A stretch of DNA of 64,000 nt from the human T2T-CHM13v2.0 reference genome, Homo sapiens. The stretch is taken from positions 8,480,001 through 8,544,000 of the forward strand of contig CP068257.2 in the NCBI GenBank assembly GCA_009914755.4. Direction: 5' to 3'. Both the position numbers and the translations under genes were made by a program. Below, piece by piece: positions 11,865-24,889 of this stretch (its first letter is position 1; every line of letters begins with the position of its first letter). The notes under the pieces are model-generated. The model did no database searches and had not been told where the DNA came from. It saw only the letters and a list, made by a program, of their open reading frames with translations.

Positions 11865-14800
11865 GAAGCATTCTGAGAAAGTTCTTTATGAGGTGTGCAG
11901 TCAATTCCCAGATTTGAACCTATCTCTTGAATGAGCAGTTTAGAATCTCTCTTTTTGCAGAATCTGCAAGTGTATATTTGGAACGTTTTGAGACCTAATG
12001 TGGGAAAGCAAACATCTACATCTAAAAACTACACAGAAGCATTGTGAAAAACTTTTTTGTTAGGTGTGCATTCAACTCACAGAGTCGAAAATATCTTCTG
12101 ATTGAGCTGTTTTGAATCACTCATTTTGCAGAATCTGCAAGTAGATATTAAAGACCTCTGAGGCCTTCTGTGGAAAAGGAAATATCTTCAGATAAAAACT
12201 ACACAGAAGCATTCTGAAAAACTTCTTTGTGATGTGTGCATTCAACTCAAAGGGTTGAACATATCTTTGGATTGAGCAGTTTTGAATCTCTCTTTTGGCA
12301 GAATCTGCAAGTGGATATTTGGAGACCTTTCAGGCCTACTGTGGAAAAGCAAATATCTTCAAATACAAACTACACAGAAGCATTCTGAGAAACTTCTCTG
12401 TGAGGTGTGCATTCAACGCACAGAGTCGAACCTATCTATTGATTGAGCAGTTTTCAATCTCTCTTTTTATAGAATCTGTAAGTGGATAGTCAGAGCGGTT
12501 TGAGGCCTATTGTGGAAAAGGATGTATCTTCAAATAAAAACTACACAGAAGCATTCTGAGAAACTTCTTTGTGATGTGTCCATTCAACTCACAGAGTTGA
12601 ACTTATCTCTTGATGGAGAAGTTTTGAATCTCTCTTTTTGTAGAATCTTCAAGTGGATATTTGGAGCCCTTTGTGGCCTATGGTGGAAAAGGAAATATCT
12701 TCAAATAAAAACTACACAGAAGCATTCTGAGAAACTTATTTGTGATGTGTGCATTCATCTCACAGGGTTGAACCTATCTTATGATTGAGCAGTTTTGATA
12801 CACTCTTTTTGTATAATGAGCAAATGGATATTTGGAGGGCTTTGAGGCCTACTGTGGAATCACAAATATCTTCACCTAAAAACTACACAAAATCATTCTG
12901 AGAAACTACTTTGTGATGTGTGCATTCAACTGACAGAGTCGAACCTCTCTTTTGATGGAGCAGTTTTGAATCTCTTTTTGCAGAATCTGCAAGTGGATTT
13001 TGGAGAGCTTTGAGGCCTATTGGGGAAAAGCAAATATCTTCATGTAAAAACTACACAGAAGCATTTTGAGAAACTTCTTTGTGATGTGTGCATTCAACTG
13101 ACAGAGTTGAACCTAGCTTTGATTAAACCGTTTTGAATCTCTTTTTTTGTAGAATCTGTGAGTGGATATTTGGAGCCCTTTGTGGCCTATGGTGGAAAAG
13201 GAAATATGTTCACATAAAAACTACACAGAAGCATTCTGAGAAACTTCGTTGTGATGTGTGCATTCATCTCACAGGGTGAACCTACCTTATGATTGAGCAG
13301 TTTTGAAACACACTTTTTGTGGAAATCAGCAAGTGGATATTTGGAGCACTTTGCGGCCAATTGTGGAAAATCAAATATGTTCACATAAAAACTACACAGA
13401 AGCATTCAGAGAAACGTCTTTGTGATGTGAGCATTCACCTCACAGAGTTGATTCTTTCTTTTGATGGAGCAGTTATGAAACACTGTTTTTGTAGAATCTG
13501 CAAGTGGATATTTGGAGCTATATCAGCCCTATTGTGGAAAAGGAAATATCTTCACATAAAAGCTACACAAAAGCATTCTGATAAACTTCTTTGTGATGTG
13601 TGCATTCAATTCACAGAGTTGAACCTATCTTTTGATTGAGCAGTATTGAATCTCCTTTTTTTTTGGAATCTGCAATTGGATATTTGGAGCCCTTTGCAGC
13701 CTATGGTGGAAAAGGAAATACCTTCAAATAAAAACTACACCGAAGCATTCTGAGAAACTTCTTTGTGATGTGTCCATTCATTTCACAGAGTTGATCCTTT
13801 CTTTTTATCCAGCAGTTTTGAAACACTCCTTTTATAGTATCTGCAAGTAGATATTTCGATCACTTTGAGGCCTACCACGGAAAAGCAAATATCTTCACAT
13901 AAAAACTACACAGAAACATTCTGAGAAACTTTTTTGTGATGTGCACATTCATGTCACAGAGTTGAACGTTTCTTTTGATGGAGCAGTTTTGAATCTCCTT
14001 TTTTTTATAATCTGCAATTGGATATTTGGATCCCTTTGCGGCCTATGGTGGAAAAGGAAATACCTTCAAATAAAAACTACACAGAAGCATTCTGAGAAAC
14101 TTCTTTGTGATGTGTGCATTCATTTCACAGAGTTAATCCTTTCTTTGTATTCAGCAGTTTTGAAACACTCCTTTTATAGAATCTGCAAGTAGATATTTGG
14201 AGTGCTTTGAGGCCTACTGTGCTAAAGCAAATATCTTCATCTAAAAACTACACAGAAGCATTCTGAGAAACTTCTTTGTGATGTATGCATTCATCTCATG
14301 GAATTGAACGTTTCTTTCGATTAGGCAGTTTTGAATCTCCCTTTTTGCAGAATCTGCAAGTGGATATTTAAGAGCTTTGAGGCCTATTGTGGAAAAGGAA
14401 ATATCTTCACATAAAAACTACACAGATGCATTCTGAGAAATTTCTTTTTGATGTGTGCATTCATCTCACAGGGTTGAACCTGTCTTATGATTGAAAGGTT
14501 TTGAAACACTGTTTTTGCAGAGCCTGCATGTGGAAATTTTGAGCGCTTTGAGGCCTATTGTGGAAAAGGAAATATGTTCACATAAAAGCTACACAGAAGC
14601 ATTCTGAAAAACGTCTTTGTGATGAGTGCATTCATCTCACAGAGTTGATCCTTTCTTTTTATTCAGCAGTTTTGAAACACTCCTTTTAGAGAATCTGCAA
14701 GTAGATATTTGGAGCGCGTTGAGGCCTACCATGGAAAAGCAAATATCTTCACATAAAAACTACACAGAAATATTCTGAGAAACTTTTTTGTGGTGTACAC

Positions 14801-17800
14801 ATTCATGTCACAGAGTTGAACCTTTCTTTTGATTGAGCAGTTTTGAAAGACTCTGTTTGTAGAATCTGCAAGTGGATATTTGTAGCGATTGAGGCCTGTT
14901 GTGGAAAAGGAAATATCTTCACATAAAAACTACAGAGAAGCATTCTGAGAAACTTCTTTGTGATGTGTGTATTCAACTCACAGAGTTGAACCTATCTGCT
15001 AATTGAGTAGTTTTGAATCTCTCTTTTTGCAGAATCTGAAAGTTGATATTTGGAGAGCTTTGAGGCCTATTGTGGAAAAGGAAATATCTTCACATAGAAA
15101 CTACACAGAAGCATTCTGAGAAACTTCGTTGTGAGGTGTATATTCAAAACACAGAGTCGAACCTATCTTTTGAATGAGCAGCTCTGAATCTCCCTTTATG
15201 CAGAATCTGCAAGTGGATATGTGGAGAGCTTTGAGGCCTATTGCTGAAAAGGAAATATCTTCAAATAAAAACTAAACAGAAGCATTCTGAGAAACTTCTT
15301 TGTGATGTGTGTATTCAAGTCACAGAGTTGAACCTATCTTTAGATTGAACAGTTGTGAATCTTTCTTTTTGTAGAATCTATGAGTGTATATTTGGGGCCC
15401 TTTGCAGCCTATGGTGGAAAAGGAAATATTTTCAAATAAAAACTACACAGAAGCAGTCTGAGAAACTTCGTCATGATGTGTGAATTCATCTCACGGAGTT
15501 GAATCCTTCTTTTGATTGATCAGTTTTGAAACACTCTTTTTGTAGCATCTGCAAGTGGATATTTGGAGCGCTTTGAGCCCTACCGTGGAAAAGCAAATAT
15601 CTTCAAATAAAAACTTCACAGAAGGATTCTGAGAAACTTCTTTGTTATGTGTGCATTCATCTCACAGAGATGAACCTTCCTTTTGATGGAACAGTTTTAA
15701 AACACTCTGTTTGTAGAATCTGCAAGTGAATATTTGGAGCGATTTGAGGCCTATTGTGGAAAAGGATATATCTTCACATAAAAGCTACACAGCAGCATTT
15801 TGAAAAACTTTTTTGTGATGTGTGCATTCAACTCAGAGAGTTGAACCTATCTTTTGATTGGACAGTTTTGAATCTCTCTTTTTGTGCAATCTGCAAGTGG
15901 ATATTTGGAGCCCTTTGTGGCTTATGGTGGAAAAGAAAATATCTTCAAATAAAAACTACACAGAAGCATTCTGAGAAACTTGATTGTGATGTGTGCATTC
16001 ATCTGGCAGGGTTGAACCTTTCTTTTGATTGGGAAGTTTTGAAACACTCTTTTTGCAGAATCTGCAAGTGGATATTTAGAGCGATTTGAGGCCTATTGTG
16101 GAAAAGGAAGTATCTTCACATAAAAATTACACAGAAGCATTCTGAGAAACATCTTTGTGATGTGTGCATTCATTTCACAAGGTTGAACCTATCTTATAAT
16201 TGGACAGATATCTATTTCTCTTTTTGTAGAATCTGCAAGTGGATATTTGGAACCATTTACACTCTATGGTGGAAAGGGAAATATCTTCAAATAAAAACTA
16301 CACAGAAGCATTCTGAGAAAAGTCTTTGTGATCTGTGCATTCATCTCAGTGGGTTGAACCTATCTTATGATAGAGCAGTTTTGAAACACTCTTTATGTAT
16401 AATCAGCAAGTGGATATTATGAGCACTTTGAGGCCTACTTTGGAAAAGCACATATCTTCACCTAAAAACTACACAAAAGCATTCTGAGAAACTTCTTCGT
16501 GATGTGTGAGTTCACCTCACAGAATTGAACCTTTCTTTTGATTGAGCAGTTTTGAAACACTCTTTTTGTAGAATCTGCAAGTGGATATTTGGAGTGATTT
16601 GAGGCCTATTGTGGAAAAGGAAATATCTTCAAATAAAAACTACACAGAAGCATTCTGAGAAACTTCTTTGTGATGTGTGCATTCAACTCAGAGAGTTGAA
16701 CCTATCTTTTGATTGAGCCGTTTTGAATCTCTCTTTTTGTAGAATCTGCAAGTGGATATTTGGAGCCCTTTGTGCTCTTCGGTGGAAAAGGATATATCTT
16801 CAAATAAATACTACACAGAAGCATTCAGAGAAACTTCATTGTGATGAGTGCATTCATCACACAGAGTTGAAACCTTCCTTTGATTGAACAGTTTTGAAAC
16901 ACTCTTTTTGCAGTATCTGCAAGTTGATATTTGGAGAGCTTTGGGGCCCATTGTGGAAAAGGAAATATCTTCAGATAAAAACGACACAGAAGCTTTCTGG
17001 GAAACTTCTTTGTGATGTGTGCATTCAACTCACAGAGTTGAATCTATCTTTGGATTGGGCAGATTTGAATCTCTCTTTTGTAGGATCTGCAAGTCGATAT
17101 TTGGAGCCCTTTGTGGCCTATAATGGAAAAGGAAATATCTTCAAACTGAAACTACACAGAAGCATTCTGAGAAACATCCTTGTGATGTGTGCATTTGTCT
17201 CACAGAATTTAACTGTTCTTTTGATTGAGCTGTTTGGAAACACTCTTTTAGTAGAATCTGCAAGTGGATATTTGGAGCTATTTGAGGCCTATTTTGAAAA
17301 AGGAAATATCTTCACATAAATACTGCGCAGAAGCATTCTGCGAAACTTCTTGTTATGTGTGCATTCAACTCACAGTGTTCACCCTATCTTTTGATTCAGC
17401 ACTTTTAAATCTCTCATTTTGTAGAATCTGCAAGTGGATACTTGGAGTACTTTGTGCCCTATGGTGGAAAATGAAATATCTTCAAATAAAAACTACACAG
17501 AAGCATTCTGGGAAACTTCTTTGAGAAAAATGCATTCACCACACAGAGTTGAAGCTTTCTATTGACTGAGTAGTTTTGAAACACTTTTTTTGTAGAATCT
17601 AGAAGTGAATATGTGAAGGGCTTTGCGGTCTATTTTGGAAAAGGAAATATCTTCGTATAAAAACTACACAGAAGCATTCTGGGAAACTTCCTTGTTATGT
17701 GTGAATTCAACTCATGGATTTGAACCTATCTTTTGACAGAGTAGTTTTGAAACTCTCTTTTGGTAGAATCTGTACGTGGATATTTGGGGCGCTTTGCAGC

Positions 17801-20800
17801 CTATGGTAGAAAACGGAATACCCTCACATAAAATATAGACAGAAGCAATCTGAGAAATTCCTTTACGATGTGTGCATTTATCTCACAGAGTTAAAACTTT
17901 CTCTTGATTGAGCCATTTTGAAACTCTCCTTTCGTAGAATCTGGAAGTGGACATTTGGAGCTCTTAAAGGCCTATGGTGGAAAAGGAAATATCTTCACAT
18001 AAAATCCAGACAGAAGCAATCTGAGAAACTTCTTTGTGATGTTGCATTCATCTCACAGAGTTAAATCTTTTTTTTTGATTGGGGAGATTTGAAACACTCC
18101 TTTTGTAGAATCTGCAAGTGGATATTTGGATCTCTTTGAGGCCCATCGTGGAAAAGGAAGTATCTTCATATAAAAACTAGACAGAAGAATTCTGAGAAAC
18201 ATCTTTGTGATGCATGCGTTCATCTCACAGAGTCAAAAATTTCTTTTGATTGAGCTGTTTGGAAACACACTTTTTGTAGAATCTGCAAGTGGACCTTTGG
18301 AGCGCTTTGAGACCTATGGTAGAAAAGGAAAGATATTCACATAAAATCTAGATAGAGGCAATCTGAGAAAGTTCTTTGTGATGTGTGCATTCATCCCACA
18401 CAGTTAAACCTTTCTTTTGATTCAGTAGTTTTGAAACTCTCTTTTTGTAGAATCTGCAAGTGAATATTTGGAGAGATTTTATACCTATGGTGGAAAAGGA
18501 AATATCTTCACATAAAAACTAGATAGAAGAATTCTGAGACACTTCTTTGTGATGTCTGGATTCATCTCATAGAGCTGAACATTTCTTTTGATTGAGCAGT
18601 TTGGAAACATTCTTTTTGTAGAATCTTCAAGTGGACATTTGGAGTGCTTTGCGATCTATGGTAGAAAAGGAAATATCTTCACATAAAATCTAGATAGAAG
18701 CAATCTGATAAACTCCTTTGTGATATGTGCGTTCATCTCACAGGGTTGAACATTTCTTTTGATGGACCAGATTTGAAACTCTCTTTTTGTAGAATCTGCA
18801 AGTGGACATTTAGAGTGTTTTGTGGCCTATGGTGGAAAATAATGTATCTTCACATAAAAACTAGACAGAAGAATTCTGAGAAACTTCTTTGTGATGCCTG
18901 TGTTCTTCTCACAGATTTGAACCTTCTTTTGATTGAGAAGTTTGGAAACACTCTTTTTGTAGAATCTGCAAGTGGACATTTGGAGTGCGTTGGGGCCTAA
19001 GGTATAAAAGGAAATATCTTCACATAAATTGTAGACAGAAGCAATCTGAGAAACTTCTTTGTGATGTGTGCATTCATCTCACAGAGTTAAAACTTCCTTT
19101 TGATTGAGCTGTTTTGAAACTCTTTTTATAGAATCTGCACGTGGACATTTGGGGCATTTTGAGGCCTACGGTGGAAAAGGAAATATCTTCACATAAAAAC
19201 TAGACAGAAGAATTCTGAGAAACTACTTTGTGATGCGTGCATTCATCTCACAGAGTTGAACCTTTCTTTTTATTGAGCAGTTTGGAAAAACTTTTGTTGT
19301 AGAATCTTCAGGTGGACATTTGGAGTGCTGTGCGGCCTATGCTAGAAAAAGAATTATCCGTACATAAAATCTAGACAGAAGCAATCTGAGAAACTTCTTT
19401 GTTATGTGGGCATTCATCTCACAGAGTTAAACCTTTCTTTTGATAGTGTAGATTTGAAACTCACTTTTTGTAGAATGTGCAAGTAGACATTTCGATTTCT
19501 TTGTGGCCCATGGTACAAAAGGAAATATCATCACATAAAAACTAGACAGAAGAATTCTGAGAAACTTCTTTGTGATGTGTGCGTTCATCTCACAGAGTTG
19601 AAACTTTCTTTTGATTGAGGAGTACAGAAACACTCTTTTTGTAGGATCTGCAAGTGGATATTTGGAGCGCTTTTTGGCCTATGGCAGAAAAGGAAATATC
19701 TTCAGACAAACTCTAGACAAAAGCAATCTGAGAAACTTCTTTGTGATATGTTCATTCATCTGAAAGAGGTAAACCTCTTTTTTTTGATGCAGGAGTTTTG
19801 AAACTCTCTGTAGAATCTGCAAGTGGACATTTGGAGCGCTTTGAGGACTATGGTTGGAAAGGAAATATCTTCAAATAAAAACTAGGCAGAAGAATTCTGA
19901 GAAACGACTTGGTGATGTGTGCATTCATCTGACAGAGTTGAATCTTTCTTTTCATTGAGGAGTTTTGAAACACTCTTTTTGTAGAATCTGCAAGTGGACA
20001 TTTAAAGTGCTTTGCGGCCTATGGTAGAAAAGGAAATATCTTCACATAAAATCTGGACAGAAGCAATCTGAGAAACTTCTTTGTGATGTGTGCATTCAAC
20101 TCACAGAGTTAAAGCTTTGTTTTGATAGAACAGTTTTGAAACTCTCTTTTTGTAGAATCTGCAAGTGGACAATTTGAGCACCTTGAGGCCTCTGGTGGAA
20201 AATGAAATATCTTCACATAAAAACTAGACATAAGAATTCTGGGAAACATCTTTGTGATGTCTGCGTTCATCTTACAGAGTTGAACCTTTCTTTTGATTGA
20301 GGAGTTTGGAAAGAGTCTTTTTGTAGAATCTGAAAATGGATATTTGGAGCGCTTTACGGTCTGTGGCAGAAAAGGAAATATCTTCAGACAAAATCTAGAC
20401 AGAAGCAATCTGAGAAACTTCTTTGTGATGTGTACATTCATCTGAAAGAGGTTAACATGTTTTTTTTGATGCAGGAGTTTTGAAACTCTCTGTAGAATCT
20501 GCAAGTGGACATTTGGAGCGCTTTGAGGCCTATGGTGGGAAAGGAAATATCTTCACATAAAAACTAGACAAAAGAATTCTGTGAAACTTCTTTGTGATGT
20601 GTGCGTTCATCTGACAGAGTTCAATCTTTCTTTTGAATGAGCAGTTTGGAAACATTCTTTTTGTAGAATCTGCAAGTGGACATTTGGAGTGCCTTGTAGC
20701 CTATGATAGAAAAGGAAATATCTTCACATAATATCTAGACAGAAGCAATCTGAGCAACTTCTTTGTGATGTGTGCATTCATCTCACTGAGATAAACTTTT

Positions 20801-21629
20801 ATTTTAATTCAGAAGTTTTGAAACTCTTTTTGTAGAATCTGAAAGTGGACATTTGGAGCGCTTTGAGGCCTATGGTAGAAAAAGAAATATCGTAACATAA
20901 AATCTATACAGAAGAAATCAGAGAAACTTCTTTGTGAAGTGTGCATTCATCTCACAGAGTTGAACCTTTCTTCTGATTGAAGAGCTTTGAAACTCTCTTT
21001 TTGTAGAATCTGGAAGTGGACATTTGGAGTGTTTTGAGGCCTATGGTGGAAAAGGAAATATCTTCACATACAATCTAGACAGAAGCAAGAAGAGAAATTT
21101 CTTTGTGATGTGTGCATTCATCTGACAGAGTTGGACCTTTCTTTTGATGGAGCAGTTTTGAAACTCTCTTTTTGTAGAATCTGAAAGTGGACATTTGGAG
21201 GGTTTTGCAGGCTATGGTAGAAAAGGAAATATCTTCACATAAAATCTAGACCGAAGCAATGGGAGAAACTTCTTTGTGATGTTTGCATTCATCTCACAGA
21301 GGTAAACCTTTCTTTTGGTGGACCAGTTTTGAAAGATTCTTTTGTAGAATCCGCAAGTGGATATTTCGAGTGCCTTGAGGCCTATTTTGGAAAATAAATT
21401 ATCTTCACATAAAAACTAGACAGAAGAACTCCGAGAAACTTTTTTGTGATGCGTGCATTCATCTCACAGAGTTGAACTTTGTTTTGATTGAACAGTTTGG
21501 AAACACTCTTTTTGTAGAATCTGCAAGTGGACATTTGGATCGCTTTGGAGTCTATGGTAGAAAAAGAAATATCTTCACATAAAATCTAGACAGAAGCAAT
21601 CTGAGAAACTACTTTGTGATGTCTGCACT
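11864..21629 (+). repeat. Alpha satellite, ~171-bp monomers in ALR consensus orientation. C-type monomeric layer (ctacacagaagcattctgag, gtggatatttgg) to ~17800, then dimeric D-type layer (alternating aaatctagacagaagcaatctgag...gttaaac and aaaactagacagaagaattctgag...gttgaac monomers, gtggacatttgg).
   Basis: 171-bp periodicity. Monomers match the alphoid consensus (ttgtgatgtgtgcattcaactcacagagttgaacc...tgtagaatctgcaagtggatatttgg). A-type (pJalpha box ttccttttccaccatag) only. There is no TTCGTTGGAAACGGGA CENP-B box. Confidence 0.97.
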
Positions 21630-21699
21630 AAAAATGTCCACTTGCAGATTCTACAAAAAGAGTGTTTCAAAACTGCTCTATCAAAAGAAATGTTTAACT

Positions 21700-22740
21700 C
21701 TGTGAGATGAATGCACACATCAGAAATAAGTTTCTCAGATTGCTTCTGTCTATATTCTATGTGAAGATGTTTCCTTTTCTATCATAGGGTGCAAACCGCT
21801 CCAAACGTCCCCTTGCAGATTCTACAAAAAGAGTGTTTCCAAACTGCTCAATCAAAAGAAAGGTTCAAGTCTGTGAGATAAATGCACACATCACAAAGAA
21901 GTTTCTCAGAATTCTTCTGTCTAGTTTTTATGTGAAGATACTTCCTTTTCCACCATAGGCCTCAAAGTGCTCCAAATGTCCACATGCAGATTCAACAAAA
22001 AGAGATTTTCCAATCTGTTCAATCAAAAGAAAGGCTCAACCTTGTGAGATTAACGCACATCACAAAGATGTCTGTCAGAATTCTTCTGTCTAGTTTCTAT
22101 GTGAAGATATTTCCTTTTCCACTCTGGTCCTCAAAGCGCTCCAAATGCTGACTTGCAGATTCTACAAAAACACTATTTCAAAACTGCTCAATCAAAAGAA
22201 AGGTTCAACTCCATGAGATGAATACACACATCACAAAGAAGTTTCTCAGAATTCTTCTGTCTCGTTTTTTGTGAAGATATTTCCTTTTCCACCATAGTTC
22301 TAAAAGCGCTCCAAATGTCCACTTGCAGATTCTACAAAAAGAGAGTTTCAAAACTGCTCAATGAAAAGAAAGATTTAACTCTGTGAGATTAACGCACACA
22401 TCAAATGGAAGTTTCTCAGATTGTTTCTGTCTAGATTTTATGTGAAGATATTTCGTTTTCTACCATAGGCAGCATAGCGCTCCAAATATCCACCTGCAGA
22501 TTGTACAAAAAGAGTGTTTCCAAACTGCTCAATCAAAGAAAGGTTCAACTCTGTGAGATGAACTCACTCATCACAAAGAAGTTTCTCAGAATTATTCTGT
22601 CTGGTTTTTATGTGAAGATATTTCCTTTTCCACCATAGTCCTCAAACTACTCAAAATGACCACTTGCAGATACTACAAAAAGAAAGTTTCAAAACTCCTC
22701 AATCAGGAGAAAGGTTTAACACGGTGAGATGAATGCACAC
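21700..22740 (-). repeat. Paralogous alpha-satellite segment, copy A (~97% identical to 24085-25445 minus the Alu), offset 2384 bp = 14 monomers
   Basis: Direct comparison of the two stretches shows ~13 mismatches per 420 bp. Identity decays to ~85-90% beyond ~22740/25445 and is ~92% toward the breakpoint side. Confidence 0.8.
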
Positions 22741-24477
22741 ATCAAAAAGAAGTTTCTGATATTGCTTCTGTGTATATTTTATGTGAAGATATTTTCTTTT
22801 CCACTGTAGGCCTCAAAGCTCACCAAATGTCCACTTGCAGATACTACAAAAAGAGTTTCAAAACTACTAACTCAAAAAAAATATTTCACTCTGTGAGAAG
22901 AATGCACACATCAGAAAGATGTTTGCAGACAGCTTTTGTCTAGATTTTATGTGAACATATTTCCTTTTCTACCATAGGCCCCAAAGCGCTCCAAATGTCC
23001 ACTTGCAGATTCTACAAAAAGAAAGTTTCAAAACTGCTCAATCAAAAGAAAGGTTTAATTCTGTGAGATGAATGCACACATCACAAAGATGTTTGCAGAC
23101 TGCTTCTGTCTAGATTTTATGTGAATATATTTCCCTTTCTGCCATGGGCCACAAAGCATTCCAAATGTCCACTTGCATATTCTACAGAAAGAGTGTTTCC
23201 AAACTGCTCAATCAAAAGAAATGTTCACCTCTGTGAGATGAACGCACTCATCACAAAGAAGTTTCTCAGAATTCTTCTGTATAGTTTTTATGTGAAGATA
23301 TTTTATTTTCCACCATAGGCCTCAAGGCTTTCGAAATGTCCACTAGCAGGTTCTACAAAAAGTGTATTTCAAAACTGGTCCTTCAAAAGAAAATTTCAAC
23401 TCTGGGAGATCAATGCACACATCACAAAGAATTTTCTCAGACTGCTTCTGTCTAGAGTTTATGCGAAGATATTTGCTTCTCTACCATTGGCCACAAATCT
23501 CTCCACATGTGCACTTGCAGATTCTACAAAAAGAGTGTTTCTAAACTGCTCAATCTAAAGATAGGTTCAAATCTGTGACATGAATGCACACATCACAAAG
23601 AAGTTTATAAGACTGCTTCTGTCTACATTTTTTGTGGAGACATTTCCTTTTCTACTGCATACCACAATGCGCTCCAAATGTCCACTTGCAGATTCTACAA
23701 AAAGAGTGTTTCCAAACTGTTCAATAAAATGAAAAGTTTAACTCTGTGAGATGAACGCACACATCAGAAAGAAGTTTCCCAGAATTATTCAGTCTAGTTT
23801 TTATGTAAAGATATTTCATTTTCCACCAGAGGCCACAAGGTGCTCAAATTGTCCACTTGCAGATTCTACAAAAAGAGTATTTCAAAACTGTCCATCAAAA
23901 GAAAGGTTCAGCTCTGGGAGATGAATACAAACATCACAAAGAGGTTTCTCAGAATGCTTCTATTTAGTTTTTAAATGAAGATATTTCCTTTTCCACCATA
24001 GGCCTCAAAGCACTCCAAATGTCCACTTGCAGATTCTACAAAAATAGAGTTTAAAAACTGCTCAATTAAAAGAAAGTTTAACTCTGTGAGATGAATGCAC
24101 ACATGAGAAACAAGTTTCTCAGATTGCTTCTGTCTATATTCTATGTGAAGATATTTCCTTTTCTATCATAGGGTGCAAACCGCTCCAAACGTCCCCTTGC
24201 AGATTCTACAAAAAGAGTGTTTCCAAACTGCTCAATCAAAAGAAAGGTTCAAGTCTGTGAGATAAATGCACACATCACAAAGAAGTTTCTCAGAATTCTT
24301 CTGTCTAGTTTTTATGTGAAGATACTTCCTTTTCCACCATAGGCCTCAAAGCGCTCCAAGTGTCCACATGCAGATTCTACAAAAAGAGATTCTCCAAACT
24401 GTTCAATCAAAAGAAAGGCTCAACCTTCTGAGATTAACGCACATCACAAAGATGTCTGTCAGAATTCTTCTGTCTAG

Positions 24478-24875
<398 letters not shown>

Positions 24876-24889
24876 AAAAAGAGCATTTC
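24876..24889. repeat. AluY target-site duplication, right copy (aaaaagagcatttc)
   Basis: Exact repeat of 24550-24563 immediately after ...gagccaccgcgcccggcc. Confidence 0.9.
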
